From NCBI GenBank assembly GCA_035546135.1, contig DASZWY010000273.1, positions 1 through 58,639 of the forward strand: DNA of 58,639 nt. The letters are read 5' to 3'. Origin of the DNA: Opitutales bacterium (GTDB lineage: Bacteria; Verrucomicrobiota; Verrucomicrobiia; Opitutales; JABDGR01). Below the pieces are notes generated by a model. It was not told the origin of the DNA. It saw only the letters and a program-made list of their open reading frames with translations, and made no database searches. Positions 33,525 to 42,621 of the stretch are shown piece after piece (position 1 is the stretch's first letter; each line of letters starts with the position of its first letter). The translations under genes were made by a program, and so were the position numbers.

Positions 33525-34403
33525 ATGATGATTTACCTGCTCGGAGGATCCGGCTATCTCGGCCACGCCTATAGCCGCTTGTTCGAAAATCGGGGATTGG
33601 CCTTCAAAATCATCCGGCGCGCGGAACTGGACTACACCCGGCCGGAAATTTTGCGCCAGGCGCTGGCCGCGGCCCGGCCGGATTTTTTAATCAACGCGGC
33701 CGGCTATACGGGCAAGCCGACGGTGGACGCGTGCGAATTGCACCAGACGGAGTGCCTGTCGGCCAACGCGGTGCTGCCCGGCATCATTGCGGAAGCGTGC
33801 GAGGCCACAGGAACGGCGTGGGCGCACGTTTCATCGGGCTGCATTTATTCGGGAACCCGGCCGGATGGCGCTGGATTCCGGGAGGACGACCCGCCCAACT
33901 TTTCCTTCCGCGCCGGGCCTTGTTCGTTTTACAGCGGCACCAAGGCGATGGGAGAGGAAATTTTGGCGGGCCGGCCCAACGTTTACATCTGGCGATTGCG
34001 GATTCCCTTCAATTCGATGGACCACCCGCGCAATTATTTGAGCAAGCTTTTGCGCTACGAGCGGCTGCTGCAGGCCACCAACTCGCTCTCGCAGCTCGAT
34101 GAATTTGTCTCCGCCACGCTGGCGTGCTGGGAGCGGCGGCTGCCCTTTGGCACTTACAACGTCACCAACCCCGGCCAAATTACGACGCGGGAGGTGGTCA
34201 GCCTCCTCCAGCAAAGCGGCGTGGCCGGCGATAAGACGTTTGCTTTTTTTGAAAATGAAGCTGAATTTATGCGGCTGGCCGCGAAGACCCCCCGCTCCAA
34301 TTGCGTGCTGGATTCTTCCAAGCTGACGCGGGCCGGCATTCCCCTGGCCGAAGTCCACGACGCCATCGCGCGCGCCTTGCGCCAGTGGCAAACCGCTGTC
34401 TAA
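33525..34403 (+). CDS. NAD(P)-dependent 4-keto-6-deoxyhexose reductase, RmlD-related but NRS/ER-like (possible 3,5-epimerase/4-reductase)
   Basis: 292 aa. GGSGYLG Rossmann start. AAGYTGKPTVDACELHQTEC, SSGCIYSG, FYSGTKAMGEEIL (YxxxK) and RLRIPF...HPRNYLSKLLRY resemble the plant/viral NRS/ER-type enzymes as I recall them, more than bacterial RmlD (STDYVF). Confidence 0.7.
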   Translation: MMIYLLGGSGYLGHAYSRLFENRGLAFKIIRRAELDYTRPEILRQALAAARPDFLINAAGYTGKPTVDACELHQTECLSANAVLPGIIAEACEATGTAWAHVSSGCIYSGTRPDGAGFREDDPPNFSFRAGPCSFYSGTKAMGEEILAGRPNVYIWRLRIPFNSMDHPRNYLSKLLRYERLLQATNSLSQLDEFVSATLACWERRLPFGTYNVTNPGQITTREVVSLLQQSGVAGDKTFAFFENEAEFMRLAAKTPRSNCVLDSSKLTRAGIPLAEVHDAIARALRQWQTAV

Positions 34404-34419
34404 TCCCACCCCGACCGCC

Positions 34420-35496
34420 ATGAATCTCCTCGTCACCGGTGGCTGCGGGTTTATCGGCAGCAATTTCATTCGCCGGCAACTGGCGGATAAAGGCTCCCCA
34501 GTGCGCAGGCTGGTCAACCTCGACAAGCTGACTTACGCGGGCAGCCCCGCCAACCTGGCCGACTGCGCCGGCGACCCGCGCTACGTTTTTATTCATGGTG
34601 AAATTGGCGACGAAGCCCTGACGGCCTGCCTGTTTTCCGAGCAGCAAATTGACGCCGTCGTCAATTTCGCCGCCGAAACCCATGTGGACCGCTCGATTGA
34701 TTCGGCGGAGCCGTTTGTGCAAACCAACGTCGTGGGCTTGTGGCGGCTGTTGAGCGCGGCCCGCGGCTATTGGGCCAAACTGGCGCCGCCGCAGAAAAAT
34801 CGGTTTCGGTTTTTGCATATCTCGACGGACGAAGTTTACGGCGCCCTGACGCCCGCGGCGCCGCCCTTTACCGAGACCACGCCGTTTGCGCCCAACTCGC
34901 CTTATGCCGCCTCGAAAGCCGCCGGCGACCACCTCGTGCGCGCGGCGTGGCAAACCTATGGGCTGCCGGTGCTCACCCTCAACTGCTCCAACAATTACGG
35001 CCCCTTTCAATTTCCCGAAAAACTTGTCCCGCTCATGATTTTGAACGCGCTCGAAGGCCGCTCGCTGCCGGTCTATGGTGACGGCCAGCAGCGCCGCGAC
35101 TGGATTTACGTGGAGGACCACGCCGCGGCCATCGCGCAAATTTTGCAGCGCGGCACCGTGGGCGAAACCTACAACGTGGGCGGCGGTTGCGAACGCAGCA
35201 ATCTGGAGACCGTCCGGCAAATCTGCGCCATCCTCGACGCCAAAGCCCCCCGCGGCGACGGTCAGAGCCACGCGGCCCAAATCAGTTTTGTCGCCGACCG
35301 TCCCGGTCACGACCGCCGCTACGCCATCGATTTCTCCAAACTCCAGCGCGAGCTGGGCTGGACCCCGCACACCGCGTTTGACCAGGGGCTGGCCAAAACC
35401 GTGGATTGGTATTTGACCCATCGCGCCTGGTGTGACGATATCACCTCTCGAAAATACGCCCGCGAACGGCTCGGCCATTCTGCGCCCGTCTCATGA
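34420..35496 (+). CDS. rmlB: dTDP-glucose 4,6-dehydratase
   Basis: [27 protein letters not shown] and [15 protein letters not shown] are canonical RmlB/RfbB motifs. Confidence 0.92.
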   Translation: MNLLVTGGCGFIGSNFIRRQLADKGSPVRRLVNLDKLTYAGSPANLADCAGDPRYVFIHGEIGDEALTACLFSEQQIDAVVNFAAETHVDRSIDSAEPFVQTNVVGLWRLLSAARGYWAKLAPPQKNRFRFLHISTDEVYGALTPAAPPFTETTPFAPNSPYAASKAAGDHLVRAAWQTYGLPVLTLNCSNNYGPFQFPEKLVPLMILNALEGRSLPVYGDGQQRRDWIYVEDHAAAIAQILQRGTVGETYNVGGGCERSNLETVRQICAILDAKAPRGDGQSHAAQISFVADRPGHDRRYAIDFSKLQRELGWTPHTAFDQGLAKTVDWYLTHRAWCDDITSRKYARERLGHSAPVS

Positions 35497-36362
35497 AACG
35501 CAAAGGCATCATCCTCGCCGGCGGCTCCGGCACCCGGCTGTTTCCGCTGACCCTGGCGGTGTCGAAGCAGCTCGTCCCGGTTTACGACAAGCCGATGGTT
35601 TATTATCCGCTGTCCGTGCTTATGCTCGCGGGCATTCGGGAAATCCTCCTCATCTCCACCCCCGGGGACCGGCCGCTGTTCACCCGCCTGCTGGGCGACG
35701 GCTCGACCTTCGGCGTGAAGCTGGCGTATGCCGAGCAACTGCAGCCGGAGGGCATCGCGCAGGCATTGATCATTGGCGAACAATTTCTGGACGGCCGCCC
35801 CTCGGCGCTGATTCTGGGCGACAATCTGTTTTACGGGCACGACTTCACCCATTCGCTGCAAGCGGCGGACGCCCGCAGCGACGGCGCCACGATTTTCGGA
35901 TACCACGTCGCCAACCCCTCGGCTTACGGCGTGGTGGAATTGGCCGCCGACGGCCGCGCGCTTTCCCTGGAGGAAAAGCCCGCGCAGCCCAAGTCGAATT
36001 ACGCGGTGACGGGCCTGTATTTCTATGACGCGCGCGCCGCCGGCCTGGCCCGCCAGCTCAAGCCCTCCCGGCGCGGCGAACTGGAAATCACCGACCTGAA
36101 CCGGCGCTACTTGGAAGAAAAAAATCTCCACGTGGAATTGCTGGGCCGCGGCACCGCCTGGCTCGACACCGGCACGCCGGATTCGCTGCTCGACGCCGCC
36201 CAGTTCGTCCAAGTCATCGAGCGGCGCCAAGGCTTGAAAATTGCCTGCCTCGAGGAAATCGCCCTCCGCCAGGGCTGGATTGGGCCGGCCCAACTCGAGG
36301 CGCAAGTCGCCCGGCTCGGCGCCTCGTCCTATAGCGCCTACCTGAAGAACCTGCTGGCCTAG
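35493..36362 (+). CDS. rmlA: glucose-1-phosphate thymidylyltransferase
   Basis: [52 protein letters not shown] is the canonical RmlA N-terminus. The start overlaps the rmlB stop (ATGA). Confidence 0.92.
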   Translation: MKRKGIILAGGSGTRLFPLTLAVSKQLVPVYDKPMVYYPLSVLMLAGIREILLISTPGDRPLFTRLLGDGSTFGVKLAYAEQLQPEGIAQALIIGEQFLDGRPSALILGDNLFYGHDFTHSLQAADARSDGATIFGYHVANPSAYGVVELAADGRALSLEEKPAQPKSNYAVTGLYFYDARAAGLARQLKPSRRGELEITDLNRRYLEEKNLHVELLGRGTAWLDTGTPDSLLDAAQFVQVIERRQGLKIACLEEIALRQGWIGPAQLEAQVARLGASSYSAYLKNLLA

Positions 36363-36405
36363 ATTCGCCGACCCAATGGGGAGGAAGCGCCGCGAGGCGG
36401 TGGAA

Positions 36406-37242
36406 CTAAAGCGCGGTCAAAAACTTGCGGTACTTTTCGATGACGGTGTCGAAATGATAGTGCGCCGCCCGGCGCAGGCATTTTTTTCGCAAGTCCAGGT
36501 AAAGCTCATCGTCGTTTTGCAACGCCCGCACCCATTTGGCGCATTTTTTGAGCGAAGAAAAAATTGTGCAATCCGCGCCAATTTCATGATAGGCGGGCTC
36601 CTGGTCGGAAACGGAGGGAATGCCAAAGCCGACGCAGTTGATCAGCTTGATGCCGGAATTGATCGCGACATGGAATCGGTAGCGCAGCTTTTGGTGGTTT
36701 TTCCAAAAAATCGGGGGCCGGGGGTTGCGAAAATTCAGCCCGATGCCGATTTGCCGGTGCGCGCGGATGACGTCGTCACGGCTCATCCCCTTCACGTCGT
36801 AACTGTCAAAGTCGAAACCCTCCAAATGCGGCTTCCAGTAATCGCTGCCAATCCAGGCCGGGCGGCGCGTCCGCGGGAGTGGATTGGGCTGGCCGGAAAG
36901 GTTGCAATGGTAATGCGGAATCACCTTGCAGCGGCCATAGCTGGCAAACAGTTCCCGCGTCGTCTTGGTGCTCGCGAGGTAAATCGAGACGTGTTCCTGG
37001 GGCGGCGGGGAGTCAATGATGTCCCAGATTACGGTGCCGCGCTTCGCGAGCTGGGCCAGTTCGCCAGGAGCAAGCACGGACTTCACGCAGACGAACGCGG
37101 AATACTGGTCCGGGATGTTCGCGGCGAACGGTTCGTGAATCCGGCAATCGCAACCGAGCGCCTTGGCGACCTCCACGCAGCGGATTTGCACGCTCGCCAG
37201 CTTGCTCCGGCCGCCAAGAAATAATACATTCCGCAGATTCAT
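36406..37242 (-). CDS. hypothetical protein, possible glycosyltransferase of the glycan locus
   Basis: 278 aa with normal composition. The opposite-strand ORF 36376..37224 is R/A/V/G-rich and looks antisense. No motif confidently recognised, so the functional guess rests on context only. Confidence 0.6.
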   Translation of the reverse strand: MNLRNVLFLGGRSKLASVQIRCVEVAKALGCDCRIHEPFAANIPDQYSAFVCVKSVLAPGELAQLAKRGTVIWDIIDSPPPQEHVSIYLASTKTTRELFASYGRCKVIPHYHCNLSGQPNPLPRTRRPAWIGSDYWKPHLEGFDFDSYDVKGMSRDDVIRAHRQIGIGLNFRNPRPPIFWKNHQKLRYRFHVAINSGIKLINCVGFGIPSVSDQEPAYHEIGADCTIFSSLKKCAKWVRALQNDDELYLDLRKKCLRRAAHYHFDTVIEKYRKFLTAL

Positions 37243-37349
37243 GCAACGACCGGCCAGGTAAGGGACAGTCTTGAACTACATTGCAATTTTCTTGTCAAGG
37301 TTCATATCCCCTCCCTTAGAAGAAGCGCGGCCTTGCGCCCCTCCCGCCG

Positions 37350-38126
37350 ATGCACCCCGATTGCGAATATTGTTTTATTTGCCCGACCTACGGGCAGTAC
37401 GACTATGCGCGGCTGGCGCTGGAATCCTTTTTTCGCCACACCGAACGCGGCCTGGCCGTGGTGATCGACGACGCCCACCCCAAATTTCACCGGTTCTGGG
37501 ATCGGCGGTGGAATGTCGCGGCCCACCCGTTCAAGACCCGGGGCGGCGTCACCCGCTCCTGGAACCACGGGCTGCGCCTGGCGCGAAAATTCGGCGCCCG
37601 CTACACCATCTGCGGCAACGACGACATCCTCTTCACCCCCCAGTGGTGGCAGGGGCCGGTACTGCTCGCCAACGACCCGGACGTCGGCCTGGTCGGCCCG
37701 CTTTCGAACGGCCCGGGGCTCTCCAACCGCGAACAAAACATCTGGGACCACGTGCGCGGCTACAAACCATCGGACCGTCCGGCGGCGCTCGCGAAGGTGG
37801 CGGCGCAATTGCGGCGCCGTTACGAAAAATCCGACGGGGTGCCGGTTTCCGCGGCCAATGGATTTTTTCTGTTCGCCCGCACCGAACGCTGGTGGGAAGG
37901 CCGGTTTGACTCGCGGCACGTCTTCAACCCCGCGCCACCGTACGCGATGGTCCACAGCGAACATGAGCTGCAGTGGCGGATGATGGAGCGGGGCTGGAAA
38001 AACGTCGTTTCGCTCCGTTCCTTCATTTTTCACTATCGCTCGGTGACGCGGGGCGACCAATACAAACGCGGCCTGTGGTACCGCCGCCCGCCGCCGAGCC
38101 GGCGCGCCGTTTCGGCCAAAAAATAA
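37350..38126 (+). CDS. glycosyltransferase family 2
   Basis: FICPTYGQYDYARLALESFFRHT...AVVIDDAHP...RSWNHGLRLA...ICGNDDILF fits the GT-A/GT2 N-terminal layout (DxD-type NDD). Confidence 0.75.
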   Translation: MHPDCEYCFICPTYGQYDYARLALESFFRHTERGLAVVIDDAHPKFHRFWDRRWNVAAHPFKTRGGVTRSWNHGLRLARKFGARYTICGNDDILFTPQWWQGPVLLANDPDVGLVGPLSNGPGLSNREQNIWDHVRGYKPSDRPAALAKVAAQLRRRYEKSDGVPVSAANGFFLFARTERWWEGRFDSRHVFNPAPPYAMVHSEHELQWRMMERGWKNVVSLRSFIFHYRSVTRGDQYKRGLWYRRPPPSRRAVSAKK

Positions 38127-38132
38127 CGCCCG

Positions 38133-39125
38133 TCAAGCCGGACGCGTTCCGGCCAAGGCCGTGCCGGTGACTTCGTCAATCAGCCCCAGCCAATACGCAT
38201 CCTCCGGCGAGAGGGCGTTTTCGCCGAACAGCAGCCGCCAGCTCAAGGCAAACGCAAAACATTGCAGTTGCTGCCGTTCAAGGGACTCCGCAACCGGAAC
38301 CCCCGAGGGGAATTCCAGGGAAGCAAAGGCGTGGACGTGGGCAAAATCAATCAGCCGCCCGAGCGACGAAACGATATCGCCGGCCCCGCCGCCGGCGGCA
38401 AATTCCTGGAACTGGCCGGCCACCCATTTTTTGAGAGAAGCGGTCTGGTCTATCACCGGCGGCCCGGCCCGGCCTCCGCCCGGCCGCTTCATCCAAGTCC
38501 ATTGCGGATAGAGCGATTGAAAATGTTCCGCGACTTCGCGCAGGAGCTGCCGGTTTTTCTCGGCAACTATCCGCGCCGCCAGGAATTGCACCAAAGAATG
38601 CAAACGCTTGGCCGCATCCCGCGGTGGGACGGCGATTTGGCGGGCCCATTCCCGCTGGCGGACCGCCAGCCGCGCCGCGATTCGCTCCGACATTTTTTTT
38701 GCAATCAGCCGGTTCTGCCGGTCCAGCCGCAGCGCCATCAACGCGGCCTCTTCGGCGGCGAGGCACTGGAGCTTGGCGCCGGATCGATATTTGACTCCGT
38801 GCAGGTGCAGCTTGCTGGACGGCAGCGCGCACGCGTAATCGCCCAGAATAAGCAGGTAGGCCGCCGAGCTCCGGGCCTGCTCGTGAACCTCGGTGATAAT
38901 CGGCGGCTTGGCGCCGCGGGTTTTGGAGGGCGTCAACAGCTCGCCGAAGGTGCTGAGGAAATCAATTTTTCCCCCGGGACTGTTGATTAAAATCGCGACG
39001 GGGCGGTCCGATTCCGCGAGCAACCGCACGACCTCCCCGCGAATCCGCTCGAGCCGCTTGCGCGACAGCGCGCCGTAGGCCTTCACCGTCCGTTTTTGCT
39101 CATCGGGCAAATCCGTCCGCTCCAT
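38133..39125 (-). CDS. ClpP/S14-like serine peptidase-fold protein with a C-terminal extension
   Basis: VAILINSPGGKIDF (ClpP INSPGG block), ARSSAAYLLILGD (position of the ClpP GxAAS-M-G serine) and SSKLHLHGV (position of the IMIHQP His). About 170 extra C-terminal residues. Confidence 0.6.
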   Translation of the reverse strand: MERTDLPDEQKRTVKAYGALSRKRLERIRGEVVRLLAESDRPVAILINSPGGKIDFLSTFGELLTPSKTRGAKPPIITEVHEQARSSAAYLLILGDYACALPSSKLHLHGVKYRSGAKLQCLAAEEAALMALRLDRQNRLIAKKMSERIAARLAVRQREWARQIAVPPRDAAKRLHSLVQFLAARIVAEKNRQLLREVAEHFQSLYPQWTWMKRPGGGRAGPPVIDQTASLKKWVAGQFQEFAAGGGAGDIVSSLGRLIDFAHVHAFASLEFPSGVPVAESLERQQLQCFAFALSWRLLFGENALSPEDAYWLGLIDEVTGTALAGTRPA

Positions 39126-39240
39126 TGGCCTGATTCATCGGGAAGATCAGGCCCTGTCAACGAATCATTTGGCGAAGCAATCCGGCACCGCGGTGGTCTC
39201 CGAAAAAATTTGCCTTTCCCCCAACATCTTGGAATTTCGC

Positions 39241-40266
39241 ATGCCCATGGACCTGCGGCGGTATTTCGACCGGATCGTGCTGATCAATTTGCGAAAACGC
39301 CCGGACCGCCTGGCGCGGGTCCGCCGGGCATTGCGCGCGTGCGACTGGCCGTTCCTGCCCCCGGTGGTTTTCCCGGCGGTGGAGGCCGCGCTTTTCCCGC
39401 CTCCGGCAACGTGGAAGCATGGCGCCGGCGCCTGGGGCTGCCTTCAGTCGCATCTCGCCGTGCTCGAAAACGCCCTTCAGGACGGCGCCCAGAGCGTGCT
39501 GATACTCGAAGACGACGTTTGCTTCGCCGAAAATTTCCGGAAAAAAATGCGGCGGTTTCTCCGCGCCGTGCCGGATGACTGGGACGGCTTGATGCTGGGC
39601 GGGCAACACGTGGTGGATTCCGCGGGCTGGCCGCGCGAGGTTCGCCCAGGCGTATACCGTTGCGTGGATTGCGAGCGCACCCACTGCTATGCGGTGCGGG
39701 GGGAATACTTGGCCAAACTCTGCCGGGCCTGGCGCAACGCGGGGACTTTCAAGGGGGACGCGCACTGCGACAAGATCATGGCGCGCGACCCGCAGCTTCA
39801 ACGGGCCCACCGGGTGTACGCTCCGGATTATTTCGTGGCCGGCCAGATGCGCGGGCCCTCCGACGTCGCGGGCAGATATTATCCGCGCCGGTTTTGGAAC
39901 CCGCCCGGGCCGGAGCTGCGCCTCGTCAACCTCCATGCGCCGCGAGCGGTGGCCGAACGCCTGCGGCAATACGGCGTGCACCTCGGCTACGCATGCGATG
40001 AGAAAACCGGCCGGGATCGAAACTTACTGCAGCTTTTTCAGGGCTTGCGGAAAAATCCGCGCCAGACCCGCCGGCAACTGCACGATTGGATTGTGTCGGC
40101 GCAATGGGAAGTGTGCGGGGACCCGGGTTTTGTCGCCGCCGTCTGGCACCCGGAGGCCTCGCCCGCGCTGGTGCAGGCGGCGTCGCTGTGGCCGGTGGTG
40201 GAAGTGACTGCCACAACCGTGGCGGACGCCTTGCGGCAAATGCCCGTCAAACTAAAACACTTGTAA
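39241..40266 (+). CDS. glycosyltransferase family 25
   Basis: YFDRIVLINLRKRPDRL..., GAWGCLQSHLAVLENAL and VLILEDDVCF...DDWDGLMLGG follow the GT25 (LOS/LPS beta-1,4-galactosyltransferase-type) pattern. The start is set at ATG 39241 instead of the track start 39169. Confidence 0.75.
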   Translation: MPMDLRRYFDRIVLINLRKRPDRLARVRRALRACDWPFLPPVVFPAVEAALFPPPATWKHGAGAWGCLQSHLAVLENALQDGAQSVLILEDDVCFAENFRKKMRRFLRAVPDDWDGLMLGGQHVVDSAGWPREVRPGVYRCVDCERTHCYAVRGEYLAKLCRAWRNAGTFKGDAHCDKIMARDPQLQRAHRVYAPDYFVAGQMRGPSDVAGRYYPRRFWNPPGPELRLVNLHAPRAVAERLRQYGVHLGYACDEKTGRDRNLLQLFQGLRKNPRQTRRQLHDWIVSAQWEVCGDPGFVAAVWHPEASPALVQAASLWPVVEVTATTVADALRQMPVKLKHL

Positions 40267-40278
40267 GGGTCCGGTGCG

Positions 40279-41124
40279 TCATCCGAGCCGCAAGGTGGTG
40301 CGGTTGAAAACGTGCGGCCCGATAAAACCGTCGTGCAGCAATTCATGGCTGGTCAGCCAAATCTCATAGATTTTCGCATTCGCGCTGAAAGGCGGCAACG
40401 CCTGGCCAAACGGCACCGCGTAAGCGAGCGCCGGCTGGCCCAATTCGCGATTGATCCATTCCCGCCCCCGGATGATTTCCTGTTTGATGTGGTCGGCCGG
40501 CAACGCGCCGACGGAACCGTGCGTCCAGCCATGGTTGGCGATGTTCACCTGCCGGCGGCCAAGCTCGCGCAAAACATCCACGCCCACCGTCTGGAGCGGG
40601 CGCGGAACCGACAAGTCGGCGACCCCGAGCTGGCGGGCGGCGGCGTGAACGAGTTCCCGGCGGTCCGCTTCGCCGGCCAGGGTGAGCAGCCGCCGTTTGA
40701 AATATTCCCGCAATTCGCGCCGCTCCGCGGTTGTGCGGAGAGGGAAATCACGTCCGCCCAAAGTTAGCCGCGGCAAAGTGGTGCGGTCGAGGACGAGGTT
40801 GAGCAAAACAAAAAAATAGGTTTCGCCCGCCGCCACATTGCCCGGGTTGATGAAGAGCGTGACATGATGGCCGTGCTCGCGGGCCAGGGCGGCGGCGTCA
40901 CAGGCGGTAAAAGTTGCGTCGTCAATCGTCAGCGCGTCGCCTTCGCCGCGCAGCGCCGCCGCGAGTTCCACGTAAGGGGTTTTGCGCGACCGCAGGTGTT
41001 TGACAAATTGCGCCGGCTCGAACAGCCCCCGATGCGCGCAGGTGTCCGGCTCGAGCCCCGCCACCACGCCGTGCATGGTAAACACACTTGCTGAACCCGT
41101 GCGCGTGGTGTTCAATCCAGGCAT
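40279..41124 (-). CDS. polysaccharide deacetylase (NodB-homology) family protein
   Basis: ALTIDDATFT (TFDD-like motif 1), VTLFINPG and IANHGWTHG (HxxxH-type motif). The track ORF runs to 41610, but the upstream part is antisense to the DUF616 gene. The start is placed at Met 41124, with 41076 as an alternative. Confidence 0.65.
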   Translation of the reverse strand: MPGLNTTRTGSASVFTMHGVVAGLEPDTCAHRGLFEPAQFVKHLRSRKTPYVELAAALRGEGDALTIDDATFTACDAAALAREHGHHVTLFINPGNVAAGETYFFVLLNLVLDRTTLPRLTLGGRDFPLRTTAERRELREYFKRRLLTLAGEADRRELVHAAARQLGVADLSVPRPLQTVGVDVLRELGRRQVNIANHGWTHGSVGALPADHIKQEIIRGREWINRELGQPALAYAVPFGQALPPFSANAKIYEIWLTSHELLHDGFIGPHVFNRTTLRLG

Positions 41125-41178
41125 GAGGATATTTGTTTCTGGCCAAAATATCCCCCAAGGCAACGTTATACCGCCCGA

Positions 41179-41904
41179 ATGTCCCCGGCTGGAAAATCCG
41201 GCATGAAACGGCCCGTCGTCTACACCGCGTTCAGCAAGGGATACGACCACCTCCAGCCGCCCGCCGCACACTGGCGGGATGCCGTTGATTTCGTCGCGTT
41301 TCTCGAGGAAACACCCCCCACCCCCGGCTGGGAGATCCGGCCCCTGCACCAAGGATTCACGGACCCCTGCCGCAACGCCAAAATCCACAAAATCCTTTCC
41401 CACGTGTATTTTCCCGACCAGGAATACACGATGTGGGTGGACGGCTCGATCAGCATCACCACCGCGCTCTCCTTCGCCGAACTGGCGGAAATATACCTGG
41501 GCGATTGCGACCTGGCGGTTTTCAAACACCGGCGCCGGCAGTGCGTTTATCTCGAGGCCCTGGCGTGCCTCGAGCAAAAAAAGGACGATCCGGAAATAAT
41601 CTACCGGCAAGTCGAGCTCTACCGGTCAAAAAAATATCCCCTCAACAACGGCCTCATCGAAGGTTGCGTGCTGCTGCGGCGCCACACCCCGCAAATCCGC
41701 CGCTTCAACGAGCAATGGCACGACATCATCACCCACTATTCGCGGCGCGATCAGCTCAGCTTCAATTACGTGGCGCACCAGTTGAAATTGAAATTCCGTC
41801 ATTTCTCGGGCAATTACACCAAAAATCCGTATTTCACCTACACCCCGCACTGCGGCCATGTGCCCCGCAAAAAAAAGCCCGCCAGCGCGGCGCCGGCCCG
41901 GTGA
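41179..41904 (+). CDS. DUF616 (TOD1/MUCI70-like) glycosyltransferase-domain protein, copy 1
   Basis: VVYTAFSKGYDHLQPP...RNAKIHKILSHVYFPDQEYTMWVDGSISI...RRDQLSFNYV is the DUF616 pattern. An alternative start at 41203 (MKRPVVY) aligns with copy 2. Confidence 0.75.
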   Translation: MSPAGKSGMKRPVVYTAFSKGYDHLQPPAAHWRDAVDFVAFLEETPPTPGWEIRPLHQGFTDPCRNAKIHKILSHVYFPDQEYTMWVDGSISITTALSFAELAEIYLGDCDLAVFKHRRRQCVYLEALACLEQKKDDPEIIYRQVELYRSKKYPLNNGLIEGCVLLRRHTPQIRRFNEQWHDIITHYSRRDQLSFNYVAHQLKLKFRHFSGNYTKNPYFTYTPHCGHVPRKKKPASAAPAR

Positions 41905-41940
41905 GCGCGCCGTCGCATTCAAAAATTTGCCACTCCCTGC

Positions 41941-42621
41941 ATGAGCAAGTTCGTCGTTTACACCGCTGTCACGCCGGGCTACGACCGCCTGAAACCCCCG
42001 CCGGAACTGTGGCTGAAGGAGGCGGAGTTTGTGGCGTTTTTGGACGAGCCCACGACGGTGCCCGGCTGGCAATCCCGGCCCATTTACCGGCGGTTCCGCG
42101 ACCCGTGCCGGAATGCAAAAATCCACAAGCTTTTGCCCCACAAATATTTTCCCGAGGCGGAATACAGCCTTTGGATTGACGGAACCATCGGCATCAAATC
42201 CCCGCTCCCCCTCCGCCGGTGGCCGCAAACCTACCTGTGCCATCACGACCTGGCGCTCTTCAAGCACCGCTTGAGAAATTGCGTGTATCAGGAAGCCCAC
42301 GCCTGCCTGGCCCTTGGCCTGGATGATCCGAAAAAAATCCACCGCCAAATCCAGCGGTATTTCGACGAAGGCTATCCCGTGGAAAACGGGCTGGCCGAAT
42401 GCATGGTGCTTTTCCGTCGGCACACCCGCGCCATGCAACGGTTTGACGAGGCGTGGTATGACGCCATCAAGACCGGCTCGCGGCGCGACCAACTCAGCTT
42501 CAATTACGTGGCCCGCCAACTGGGCTTCCAATATAATTATTTGCCGGGAAAAATCTGGGACAATCCCCATTTCACGCGCGGCCGGCACCTGGCGCCCAGA
42601 ACGGCCGGCGCTCAGCGGTAA
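41941..42621 (+). CDS. DUF616 glycosyltransferase-domain protein, copy 2
   Basis: MSKFVVYTAVTPGYDRLKPP...RNAKIHKLLPHKYFPEAEYSLWIDGTIGI...RRDQLSFNYV. A tandem paralog of the preceding gene. Confidence 0.78.
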   Translation: MSKFVVYTAVTPGYDRLKPPPELWLKEAEFVAFLDEPTTVPGWQSRPIYRRFRDPCRNAKIHKLLPHKYFPEAEYSLWIDGTIGIKSPLPLRRWPQTYLCHHDLALFKHRLRNCVYQEAHACLALGLDDPKKIHRQIQRYFDEGYPVENGLAECMVLFRRHTRAMQRFDEAWYDAIKTGSRRDQLSFNYVARQLGFQYNYLPGKIWDNPHFTRGRHLAPRTAGAQR

